A DNA stretch of 62,934 nucleotides, filler included, from Thraustochytrium aureum (Eukaryota), in NCBI GenBank assembly GCA_012862495.1. It is 5 parts of 3 records of this genome, joined end to end, with 100 filler letters (N's around TTAATTAATTAA, not from the genome) between each part and the next. Parts side by side here need not be neighbours in the genome. Positions count along the whole stretch, not along the records: positions 47,795 to 59,107 come from BLSG01000181.1; 4 more parts are not named here. One strand, written 5' to 3'. Positions 48,586 through 59,207 of the stretch are shown here, in pieces. How positions within the stretch are numbered: the stretch's first letter is position 1; every line of letters starts with the position of its first letter. The notes under the pieces were generated by a model. The model made no database searches. It was not told the origin of the DNA and saw only the letters and a program-made list of their open reading frames with translations. The position numbers and the translations under genes are program-made.

Positions 48586-51098
48586 ATGCTCGTGCTGAGC
48601 GGAGCGGCGCAGCGCAGGTCGGTGGACATTGTGGTGGTCGGAGACGCGAGCACGGGGAAAACGTCGCTGATTACCACCCTGGTGAGCGCCATCTTTCCCG
48701 AAGCCGTGCCCCGCGTGCTGCAACAGGTGCGAGTCCCGCCCGAGGAGACCGCCGACCACATCGCGCTGTCCATAACCGACACGTCGTCTGCCGAGCAAGA
48801 GCGGCTCACGACGCTCAAGCAAGTCGCCATGGCAGACGTGGTGGTCGTCGTCTACTCTGTGGCGGACAACGAGTCGTTCGAGCGCGTGCGCGCCCACTGG
48901 CTCCCACAAGTCACCAACGTTTTCAAGGGCCCCATCGTCCTGGTGGGCAACAAGACCGACCTCGTCGAGCAGGGGCCGGCAAGGCCGAGGAGCAGAGCGC
49001 CGAGCTGCGGCGGCGCGCCGAGCCCCTGCTCGAGGAGTTTCGCCAGGTAGACGCCTGCTGGGAGTGCTCGGCCAAGCTCAACATCAACGTCTCGGACGTC
49101 TTTAGCCTTGCGCAGCAGGCCGTGGTGTACCCCATCGCGCCCTTGTTCGACACCAAGACGCACTCTCTGCTGCCAAAGTTCCGCACGGCGCTGAAGCGCG
49201 TCTTCCGGATCTTCGACCAGGACCGCGACGGGCTCCTCTCCGACGCCGAGCTCAACGACTTTCAAGAGACCTGCTTCGGGGCGCGCCTGCAGCCGTCCGA
49301 CATCGAGGACGTCAAGTCGATGCTCGAGGACGAGGGCCCGGACCGCGTCACGCCGCAGGGCATAACCTTCGAGGGCTACGTGAGCATCCACAAAAAGTTT
49401 ATCGAGCGCAACCGCGCGGAGACCTCGTGGCTCGTGCTGCGCCAGTTTGGCTACAACGATAGCCTGGACCTCCAGGTCCCGCTGGCCGCGCTAGAGCTCG
49501 AGAGCGCTTGGGCGCGCGAGGTGCCCGCCGCGCCCGCGCGCAGACTCGAGCCGCGCCAGCGCTCCGTCGAGCTCACAAAGCGCGCGATGGCCTTCCTCGC
49601 CGACCTCTTCAACCAGTTTGACGCGGACCGCGACCAGGCGTTGTCGCCCGCCGAGCTCGCCGCGCTCTTCGACATTTGCCCTGGCGGCCGTGGGCCGTGG
49701 GCGGCGGCAGCGGCGGTAGCCACCAGCCTCGCACAACAGGGAGCGTCGGCGGGCGGGGCCGCGCCGGCGGCACACGAGGTGGGTGCGGAGGGGTCGCAGG
49801 GCAGCGACCCGAGTGGCAGCAGCGACGGGCTCGTTAGCGTCGAGCGCGCCTTGCGGGACGTGAGGCTTGGCCCAGCCAACGCGGTGCTCTGCCACTTGGA
49901 CGACTTTCCCCAAGGCGTCAAAACGGACGAGCGTGGCAACGTGACGCTCGCCGGCTGGCTCGCGGAGTGGTCGTTGGTCACGCTGCTGCAGCCGCGCCTC
50001 ACGCTGCTTTACTTGTATATGCTAGGCTTTGATCGGAGCAAGGAGCAGGCCGTGCTGCAGACGGCGCCGCGCGCCGTGGAAAACGAGCGCAACGCGCTGG
50101 ACGCGCCGTCGTCCGGGCCTTTGTGTTTGGCGCAGACGGGGTTGGCAAGTCCGCGCTCCTCGACGCGCTGGCGCTCCCCTCGCCCCAGGCTCGCGCGGTG
50201 GCGCTGGGCCAGGCAGCCCGGCCTACCCGGGCCAGCTTGGCGCGTCGAGCCCCGGGGCCACTGGCGCCGCTGCGGACCTCAAGGCCAGCCCGTCGGCCTG
50301 GACCTTTTCAGCGAGTTCCAGGCCGACCTCCCCGAGCGCAAACAGTCCACGCGGAACGCCGTGGCCCGCGTGCGGGCGCTACAGGGGGGAGCACCAGTTA
50401 CCGGCGGGGGCGCCAGTGCTGCCGCGTCCCCGGCCGCCTTCAAGTACCTCGTGCTCACCAAGGTTGGCGCGGAGCACGACGAGCTCGAAGAGGCGTTTTC
50501 GAACGACATGGTCGATTGCGACCTCGCGGTGCTCTTGTTCGACAGCACCAACCCCTCGTCGGTGGACTGGCTGCGGAGCCTGCAAAAGCGCATCCCAGAG
50601 AGCGTTCCGTGCGTGTACTTGGCCACCAAGACCGACCTCATCCAAGGCGTCGGCGTGAGCTCGCAGGCGATCGAGGAGGCCACTATGCTCTGCGCCACCA
50701 ACAGCCTGCCCTTTCCCGAGCCGGTCTCGCTCGACCCGGACTCGACGCCAAAGTTTCGGGTCAAGATGACGCGCCTGTTCGAGCTGCTCTTGTCGGCGGC
50801 ACTGCGGCCGGACGCGGCGCGGCCGATCTCCAAGGAGCGCCGAGCCTTGCAACGCCGCAACCGGCTGCTCAAGGCGGCGTTTCGCATCTCGCTGGTCGCG
50901 GGGGTCCTGGTGGGCACTGGCCTCGTGGTCTGGTCGCTGGCGCGGCGCAGTTCGTCGGCTGGCTCGCCAGCGCCTTCGTCGGCGGTGTCGCAGCCTGCGT
51001 ATTCGTCAGACAGGCGCCTGCTCGAGCGCTCGGAACTACCCTTCTCGCGCATGGACAGTCGCGGCGGGCCGGGGAGCGCCGCCTACCGCTCTCGCTGA
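48586..51098 (+). CDS. RHOT: Mitochondrial Rho GTPase Miro (GTPase, EF hands, GTPase, TM anchor); frameshifts near 48980 and 50110-50280
   Basis: GDASTGKTSLI, LVGNKTD, ECSAK, AQQAVVYPIAPLFD, DQDRDGLLSDAELNDFQ..CF, GWLAEWSLVTL, FGADGVGKSALL, C-terminal TM ISLVAGVLVGTGLVVWSL. Confidence 0.93.
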
Positions 51099-51295
51099 CA
51101 AGATGCTAAAAAACTGCGCGAGCCAGCGCCCCGGGGTGCTCGCTCTGGGGCTCGGTGCGGGCAACGCAATGGTCCTGCCGTTTTTGTTCAGTTGCGCAAA
51201 CCAGTACCTATGTTACCGCTGCCGGCGAGCGGACGAACCGAAGGGAGCGCGCCCTCGCCGCTTGCCCGCCCGCCGGCCTGCCTCGTTGGAGCGAG

Positions 51296-52213
51296 CTACT
51301 TGAGCCGCCGCCTGTGCTTTTGCTGCACATCGGCGATGTGGCCCGAGGTGTTGCTCATCGAGTCGCACACCACGTCGAGCTTGCCGAGCTGAAAGTCCAT
51401 CGCTTGCTTTTGTTCAAGTGCCTGCGTGCCGAGTGCCTCGAGGCCCTTGAGCATCAGATCAAGGTTGGCGTCGACCTGCTCGCTCACGCTCAACGGGGCA
51501 GCGGGGCCCCCTTGCGAGTCTGCCTGCTCCGGCCTGCGCGCCTCGAGCCAGCCAGACGACTTGATTGGGGAACGGGCGCTCTGTGGCCCGCGGAGCTCGC
51601 CGGCCTTTTGCTGCTCGAGCATCGTGAGCCACCCCACAAAGTCGTTGTTGTCAGCGCAGCGCAAGACCCACTTGACTCGCTGAGCGGCGTCGCGGATGGT
51701 GATCTCCAGCTTTGACGCCGCCGGCTCGATCTCGGTGGCCAAGTTGAGCCTGAGCTGGTCGCGCGGAGACGAGAGGTCCGTCGGCAGTGACGTACCACTC
51801 GAGCTGTCAAAGTACATGAGCGTGCCCAGGTGGAGCACAAAGTACCGCTGCTTGAAGCCAAGCAGCCGCTTTTTGCCGAGCGGGCCGCTCCACTGCGCTG
51901 GGCTCCCAAACACAGTCTCAAACTCTTTTGCCTTGGCCTTGGAAAACATGAACGCGAACGGCGAGGCGATTTTCCGCAGCATCACGTCGGCTTGAGCCAG
52001 GTCGGTGCGCATCCTGTCGAGGTTGGCCGCAACATCGTCAATCTGCTCGTTCTGCCTTGCGAGGCTCTCCAGCGTCGCGGCGCCGACCATCTCGGCGCTG
52101 TTTAGTTTTCGCAGCGTGCGTTCCGTCGCCTCGAGCATTTGCTTCTCCACGCGGCTCGTCTCGGCGAGGAGTTGCGTGCGCGTCAACTGGCCTGGCGCCG
52201 CGTCGTTCGCCAT
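51296..52213 (-). CDS. SNAP-25-type Qbc-SNARE with internal PH domain
   Basis: Qb motif (ATERTLRKLNSAEMVGAATLESLARQNEQID...LAQADVMLRKI), PH (WSGPLGKKRLLGFKQRYFVL...LMYF...WVLRC...WLTMLE), Qc motif (VDANLDLMLKGLEALGTQALEQKQAMDFQLGKLD). Confidence 0.85.
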   Translation of the reverse strand: MANDAAPGQLTRTQLLAETSRVEKQMLEATERTLRKLNSAEMVGAATLESLARQNEQIDDVAANLDRMRTDLAQADVMLRKIASPFAFMFSKAKAKEFETVFGSPAQWSGPLGKKRLLGFKQRYFVLHLGTLMYFDSSSGTSLPTDLSSPRDQLRLNLATEIEPAASKLEITIRDAAQRVKWVLRCADNNDFVGWLTMLEQQKAGELRGPQSARSPIKSSGWLEARRPEQADSQGGPAAPLSVSEQVDANLDLMLKGLEALGTQALEQKQAMDFQLGKLDVVCDSMSNTSGHIADVQQKHRRRLK

Positions 52214-52278
52214 CGTGGCGCCGCGCCGTGCTCGCGATGCCGGTCCTGCAGCTGCTCGCAAGAATCTGCCACCAACAC

Positions 52279-52280
<2 letters not shown>

Positions 52281-52316
<36 letters not shown>
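52281..52316. repeat. (CTG)n trinucleotide repeat in the 5' region of the SNARE gene
   Basis: About 12 perfect ctg units. Confidence 0.9.
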
Positions 52317-52318
<2 letters not shown>

Positions 52319-53852
52319 TCGGGCTCTGAGCGGTCAGCGTTGTGGCGCGACATGATCACCGACTGAACACCAAAAAAACAGAGAGACATTCTTCAGCGCG
52401 CTCTCTGAAACTTGCAATTTTCAACCTGTTTCTCGTAAGGCGAAGGTAACGGTTTTGTTATTAGCGTATGTTATGCGAATAGGTGTGCGGTCGCCGACCG
52501 AGGAACATCCCTTCGGGCCGATGCCGCGCCGCTGCCACGGGCTCGTGACTCGGACGGGATGATGCTGATGCCGAGATTGGCCTTGGATGCCGCGGTCGCT
52601 GCGCCTCCGGGTTGATGATGCGTGGTGGCGGTTCGCCGCGAGGACGACGCGGAGCGGCGCCGCAAAAGCGCGCCCACCTCGCAAGCCCACGCCGCCTTCC
52701 AAGGAGCTGCTGCGCGAACGCGCCGCTCTTCCCCGTTGAGCGGAGNNNNNNNNNNNNNNNNNNNNNNNNNNNNNNNNNNNNNNNNNNNNNNNNNNNNNNN
52801 NNNNNNNNNNNNNNNNNNNNNNNNNNNNNNNNNNNNNNNNNNNNNNNNNNNNNNNNNNNNNNNNNNNNNNNNNNNNNNNNNNNNNNNNNNNNNNNNNNNN
52901 NNNNNNNNNNNNNNNNNNNNNNNNNNNNNNNNNNNNNNNNNNNNNNNNNNNNNNNNNNNNNNNNNNNNNNNNNNNNNNNNNNNNNNNNNNNNNNNNNNNN
53001 NNNNNNNNNNNNNNNNNNNNNNNNNNNNNNNNNNNNNNNNNNNNNNNNNNNNNNNNNNNNNNNNNNNNNNNNNNNNNNNNNNNNNNNNNNNNNNNNNNNN
53101 NNNNNNNNNNNNNNNNNNNNNNNNNNNNNNNNNNNNNNNNNNNNNNNNNNNNNNNNNNNNNNNNNNNNNNNNNNNNNNNNNNNNNNNNNNNNNNNNNNNN
53201 NNNNNNNNNNNNNNNNNNNNNNNNNNNNNNNNNNNNNNNNNNNNNNNNNNNNNNNNNNNNNNNNNNNNNNNNNNNNNNNNNNNNNNNNNNNNNNNNNNNN
53301 NNNNNNNNNNNNNNNNNNNNNNNNNNNNNNNNNNNNNNNNNNNNNNNNNNNNNNNNNNNNNNNNNNNNNNNNNNNNNNNNNNNNCCTCGGAGGCCCTCGG
53401 GATTGACTCTTGGGGTTTATCGATTTCATCGCGGTGGGTGGGCGTCCTCAGCGTCGTTTCTGTTCGCTTTCTCGTCCTTGTTTGGTGCTTTTTTTGGGTG
53501 GTTTGGACTCTCGCGAGCATTCGATTGGCGCTCGAAAGGTTTGATTTGGAGACGACCTCGCACGCACGCGAGTAGCCGAGCCTGCTTCGCCAGAACAGCT
53601 CGGATTCGGATTGGCACAGACGCAACGCAGGCTGCAGCAAGGCAAGCCATCGCGCTCGTGCTGAAGCAGTCGAGGAGCAGAGCAGCGGACTTGGCGGCGG
53701 CGGCGGCGGCGGCGGCGATCGCGCTGGTGCGCCAACCATACGCTGGAGTCGACGCGCGCTGCGACGGCCCAATCGAGCGCGGCCGGAGGCAGCGGCAGAA
53801 GGGCTGCCTGCACCCGTGAACGAGCGCGGCTGGGAAGGAAGGTCTGGCGCTG

Positions 53853-55935
53853 ATGGTCGCGAGGGCCGTACTGCTGGCCGTGGCGCTGGCAGCCGGGGCC
53901 GCGAGCGCGCAATCCGACCAACAGCAGCCTCTGAATGTGCTCTTGGTGTTCATCGATGACCTGCGTATAAGCGTGGCCGGCAGCGGCATGCTGACGCCGC
54001 AGTTGGACAAGTTCGGAGCCATGCCAAACGCAGTCGTCTTTGAGCATGCGCATGCAGCACAAGCGCTGTGCGGCCCCTCGCGGGCCGCCATGCTGACCGG
54101 GCGGCTGCCGATGCGGCTCGGATACCACGGGCATGGACCCGACCTGAACGGCCCGGTTGCATTGGGCCAATCGCTGATGATGCCCGAGTGGTTTAGAAGA
54201 AACGGGTACGCGACTTGGGGCGTCAGCAAGGTGTTCCACGACCCAAGGTCTTCTGCGGAGGCGTTTGGGAGCAGCAACTACAACCCGCTGCCCCCGGTCA
54301 AGGAAGACGGCTGCGGCGAGTTTATGACTTGCGGCGTTGACGCAGAAGATAGCACGTTCACCGACCGCGTCGCAGCCGAGTGGGCCATTGAGAGGCTCCA
54401 AGCGCTGGCCGCAGAACCGCAGCCTTGGCTCCTCGCCGTCGGGCTTCGGCGCCCGCACCTTCCCTACCGCGTCCCGTCGCACATCTTCGACCGTTTCCCT
54501 GAAGAATTTCCGCTCCCTGAAGACCGCGTGCTGGGGCGAGCCTCGACCGCGCCGCTCGCCGCGCAGAGCGTTTGCCCCAACATTTTAGACTTTGCGGAAA
54601 CGCGAGGCCAGCACGGGGAGAGTTCGAGACTCCCTGACGCAACGATCCAGGCCATCCGGCGCGGCTACTTTGCCGCAGTTTCCTGGTCGGACGAGCTGTT
54701 TGGGCGCATCGTTTCGCAGGTGGACAGTCTCGGCCTCGCAAACTCGACGCTCGTCGTCGTCGCGTCTGACCACGGCTTTAGCCTTGGGGAGCACCAGACG
54801 TACTGCAAGCGCTCCTTGTTCGGGATCACGACCGGCGCGCCGCTCATCTTTCGTGACCCGCGGCGCGCCGACTCTGCCCCCGCGCGCGACGCCGACCCTT
54901 TCAGTCTTTTGAACCTGTTCCCCACGATTGCTGATCTCGCCGGCGTCCCCGTCCCCGCAGAGCAACACGTGGCGCACATGATGGATGCCTACAGCCAAGC
55001 GCACCGCGTGCGTGGGACTCGCGAGCCCTCAGCGACGACTGCGGCGCTATTGGCGGCGGCGCCTCCTCTCGGAGGGGAGGCCTGGGGGCTCTTTCCGTAT
55101 GGCAAGGTCGCCTTCTCCTCGCAGCCGGCCTGTTTCAACGAAGACGGGTCCAACGGGGTATGCTCCTTCTCCAGCAACTTTGCCTTGATGGGCATCTCGG
55201 TGCGCACCTCCTCGTACCGGTACACCGAATGGCGCAACTGGACTGGCGGCCCATCTGGGAGTATCGACTGGGCGATCGACCCGTTTCCGGCTGGAAATGT
55301 CGAGCTGTACGACTTTACGAGCGATCCCCACGAACTGGACAACTTGTATGCTTTGCCAAGCCATGCCGAGGTCCGCGCGTCCCTCTCGAGGATGCTGCTC
55401 GCGCGCTTTCGCCAGTGTGAGTTGTCCGTCGGCGATGGCGACGCTTGCCGCGCCGTCGGGCCGCACTGCAAGTATTTTGAGCCGCGCAGTGCCTGCGTTG
55501 CTCTCTCCGCGTGCTCCGTGTACAGCTTGCACCCCGTGGCCTGCTCGCAAGACCCGTTTTGCACCTGGTCGCCTGCAGAGGGCTGCCAGTCCTCGGTTGG
55601 CTTCGAGAACATTGCCGCGCTTCCCACAGCGACGCCAACGATGCAGCCGACCGACTCGCCGAGTCGAGTGCCGAGCAAGGCGCCGACCCGATCGCCCGCT
55701 GCAAGTCCAGCGCCTGTGGGCGACAAGACGCCGCCCGTGACGCGCAGCCCGAGCGCGAACGGCAGCGAGGCCAACGGCGAAGAGGACCAGAACACGCTTC
55801 CACCGTCGGACGAGCCTGGTCGGACGACCCAGCCTGCTACCGCTGAGGACGGCAGCAGCGGGACTTCTCACGCGGCGCGGGGGCGTCGGACCGGTGAGCG
55901 CTCTTTTGGTGCTCGTTCTCGCTGCCACGTTGTGA
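53853..55935 (+). CDS. Secreted formylglycine-type sulfatase (iduronate-2-sulfatase-like) with Cys-rich domain, Pro/Thr/Ser stalk and probable GPI signal
   Basis: Signal peptide, NVLLVFIDDLR, CGPSRAAMLTGR, KVFH, RPHLPY, SDHGFSLGEH..K, YRYTEW, ELYD..DPHELDNL; a one-base shift at the G run near 55880 gives GVGPVSALLVLVLAATL-TGA. Confidence 0.9.
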
Positions 55936-56224
55936 GTCCAGCTTGATACCAGCGGCTCTGACCTTTGTACATCCATCCGGCCATGCGATTTTCTTGGTTT
56001 TTCTGCTTTCCTTCCGCGCGCGAGCGAGCGAGCGAGGGCTGCTTCGCTCCGTGACGACTTGCATTTCCGTCCTGCTCGTCTTGGCAGACAGCTTGTTTCG
56101 CAGCGCCGAAACGCGGGCGGGCAGGCACTGTGATCAACAACCTGCGCTTGTGCTTGTGCAGCATCGTAGCAGGTGTTCGGCAGTCAGCGCACAAGTAGGC
56201 CAGCTCTGTCGTCAGTAGGTAATG

Positions 56225-56430
56225 TCTTGCCGAGCATCGATGCTGATCAGTCATGCAGACGATCGATCGTGCCATGCGTCGATCTTGATTAGTCATGCAG
56301 CATCGATCTTGATCTGCCATGCGGCAACGATCTTGACCAGTCATGCAGCATCGATGTTGACCAGTCATGCAGACGACCAATCGTGCCATGCATCGATCTT
56401 GGTCAGCCATGCGGCAACGATCATGTCATC
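56225..56430 (+). repeat. Degenerate ~24-bp minisatellite
   Basis: Units such as gcatcgatcttgatcagtcatgca / gcaacgatcttgaccagtcatgca repeated about 8 times. Confidence 0.75.
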
Positions 56431-56521
56431 GAACGGGTCTCGACGTTCGACGGCGCGCTGCAACGATTATTTTCCTGTGCAACAAGCTCCTGCACAACCA
56501 GCTGGCGCAAGTCAGTCGGGC

Positions 56522-56610
56522 GCGCCGTTAGTGTATTGGTAACATTCTAGCCTTCCAAGTGAAAGCACACAGCCTAGCTGGAGAAAGGGGTTCGATTCCC
56601 CTACGGCGCA
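56522..56610 (+). tRNA. tRNA-Gly(TCC) with 18-nt intron (56558-56575)
   Basis: Acceptor GCGCCGT/ACGGCGC, D arm GTGT/ACAT, anticodon stem CTAGC/GCTGG with loop CT-TCC-A^A, T arm AGGGG-TTCGATT-CCCCT, discriminator A, TTTTT Pol III terminator at 56612-56616. Confidence 0.92.
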
Positions 56611-56956
56611 CTTTTTGCCCCGTCCTTCCACCGAGGAAGAGCTCGTTGTACGCAGTGCTTTGATGCATCTTTCCTGCCGCCAGAGGGCGCTCCGAAGCGA
56701 AGCGTGTGGCCGGCCGCGCAGAAGGTCGCGTGGCTTTTTGATCTTGAAAGAGGAAAGGCCATCAACCGTTGGTGCGCAAGGCAACGCCGCAATGTGCTCC
56801 GGGAATTGGCCACGCAAGCAGACTCGCGCACATGGACGCGCACGCCTTGCAAGTGGTTGGGCTGCGAAAAGACGCAAGGTTGTTTTGATCTTGAGCAAGA
56901 TTGGTTCATGTTGAAAAGTGACAATGGAGAGTACAGGCGACGCTGCGGAAGGCGAT

Positions 56957-59107
56957 CTATTCTTTGGCGTTGCGGATGCCGCGGCGGGCTGGGTCGGCGG
57001 TGCGGCGCGCAGCCGGTGCATCCACGCCACGACGGCGAATCCCCTCCGAGCCTGGCGGAGGCCGCAGCCCAGACCGGTCAGTGGCTTCGACAGACTCTGC
57101 ACAGACGGAGACTTTGCAATCTGCCCCGGAACAGGCCTCGACTCGGAAGTCACGCGCTGCGCGGTGCGGGAACGCGACACAGTGCCACCCCCGCCAGCCT
57201 GCTTGACGTTCCCGCGCACCTTGGTGAGCTGAATACGCAGCATCTGCGTTTGCGGGTGCTTGGGGCCAAGCGCCTTGCTTCGGATCCCCAGGGCCTTGGA
57301 CAACGCCTTTTGCGCCTTGTCGAACTTGCCAAGGGCCTGGTAGGCGTGCCCCAGATTCGCGAGGTCGATGGCGACCGCCGGATGCCCGTCACCGCACACG
57401 CGCACGTCGATCGCAAGCGCCGCCTTGTAGAACTTTAGCGCTCGCTGAAACTCGCCGCGGTCTGCGTGAATGCCCCCCAGGTTGGTCAGCGTCGAAGCCG
57501 CCACAGGGTGCGGCTGCCCGCCGTGGTTCTTCTCGTACAAGTTGTAGATGGCCAGCGCGCGCTCATAGAGCTTGATCGCCGCGTCCCGCATGTCCATTTC
57601 CTCCATGATCACCCCCATCTGGTGCAGCACGATCCCCGCCGACTTGGACTGCGCGCTGAGATCCCGGTTGAGCAAGGCCAGCGCCTTCTCGTACATGTCT
57701 AGCGAGAGCTGAAACTTGCGCTGGTCCTGGAGCACGACCGCGATCTTGCACATCGCGTCGGCCTGCGCGCCCACGTCGCTGATGCCGGCGTCGGCTGCCT
57801 TGGCCGCGCGCTCGCGAATGTCGGCCGCCTTGGTGTACGCCTCCAGCGCAGCGTCCTGCTCGCCCGTGTCGTGGAGCAGCTGGGCCAGCGACGAGTAGCT
57901 CTCTGCGAGCTGCAAGCTGTCCGGGCCGAACAGCTCGTCCCGCAGCTGCAGACCCTCGTCCAGGTACTTGCGCGCCAAGTCGTACTGGCCGTTGTTCNNN
58001 NNNNNNNNNNNNNNNNNNNNNNNNNNNNNNNNNNNNNNNNNNNNNNNNNNNNNNNNNNNNNNNNNNNNNNNNNNNNNNNNNNNNNNNNNNNNNNNNNNNN
58101 NNNNNNNNNNNNNNNNNNNNNNNNNNNNNNNNNNNNNNNNNNNNNNNNNNNNNNNNNNNNNNNNNNNNNNNNNNNNNNNNNNNNNNNNNNNNNNNNNNNN
58201 NNNNNNNNNNNNNNNNNNNNNNNNNNNNNNNCATGCGCCTCCTCCGAAGAGGACTTTTCCGAGGCGGCCACGCAGCGCATTGCGGTCTCCTCGAGCCAGA
58301 CGCGAATCCGCGCGGTGATTCGATAGTTTAGCTTGACCATGCCCCCCATCGTCTTGCTTATGGTGCGCTGGAGCTGCGAGTCCTCGCGGCTCAGGGTCTG
58401 CTTCTCCATGTCAAAGTCCACGATCCCCTTGAGAATCGCCTCGTGGTTGTCGGTCATCAGCGCATCCACAAAGTCGCTGTCAGCATCGGGCCTGTACAGC
58501 GGCCGCGGGTCGACCTTGTCTGCCAGCGTGGCCGCAAAGATCTCTCCCACGCACCCGATGCGGTGGAGGGGGAGCGGGTCGAGCCACGAGTCCATAAATA
58601 CGAGGAACGAGTCGAACTTGGTCGCCGACTCGTCGTGGTGGGCGCGCACAGCCGTGGCCAGGCTGTCGTTCGGCGGGCTCAGGCTCAGGTTGGCGCCGAA
58701 CAGCTCGAGCCACACGAACGCGCGGCTGCCTTGGACGCCCTGGGCGGCAAAATGCTCGGCGAGCGCTTCAACGAGGTGGCAGAACCGCGACCCGGGCGAG
58801 TGGCAAACGAACGCGCCCTCGAAATCTGCGCCGACAGCGTCGGTGGCTACGGCAACCTGGACAAAGCTCGACTGGAGCCTTTTGACGTCGTCGCTGCTTC
58901 GCACGGCGTACTCGCACACGTCGGCCACTTGCCACTCGGCCCGGGGCTTGTTTCGCACTGCTGCGCTTGGCACGCAGACCGGAAGAGTGACTCGCGTGTC
59001 GGATCGGGGCACCACTTCGAGCTGGCTCGCATTGCCCAACGCCTTGCGTCCGTCCGCGCCCACTTTGCGCGCTGTGGAGCCGGCGGGGATTCCGCCCACG
59101 TCTTTCA
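56957..59107 (-). CDS. TPR-repeat protein (kinesin-light-chain/TPR_12 type) with an N-terminal alpha/beta domain; start cut, internal gap, 3' end uncertain
   Basis: Repeats HPVAASTLTNLGGIH...ALKFYKAALAI, HPAVAIDLANLG, LGPKHPQT; upstream AFVCHS...FCHLVEAL...FVWLELF, PLHRIGCVGEI. Confidence 0.8.
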
Positions 59108-59151
59108 NNNNNNNNNNNNNNNNNNNNNNNNNNNNNNNNNNNNNNNNNNNN

Positions 59152-59163
59152 TTAATTAATTAA
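59152..59163. other. Artificial scaffold linker
   Basis: TTAATTAATTAA within N runs. Confidence 0.95.
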
Positions 59164-59207
59164 NNNNNNNNNNNNNNNNNNNNNNNNNNNNNNNNNNNNN
59201 NNNNNNN

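Noticed and set aside
52421..53819. ORFs flanking the gap between the SNARE and sulfatase genes
   Set aside because: Low-complexity Arg/Ala/Pro frames with no motif. Cannot be distinguished from UTR or intergenic DNA.
56512..56956. C-terminal extension of the TPR ORF running antisense through the tRNA
   Set aside because: The sequence is non-TPR and overlaps the tRNA gene. A frameshift with a stop near 56957 is more plausible.
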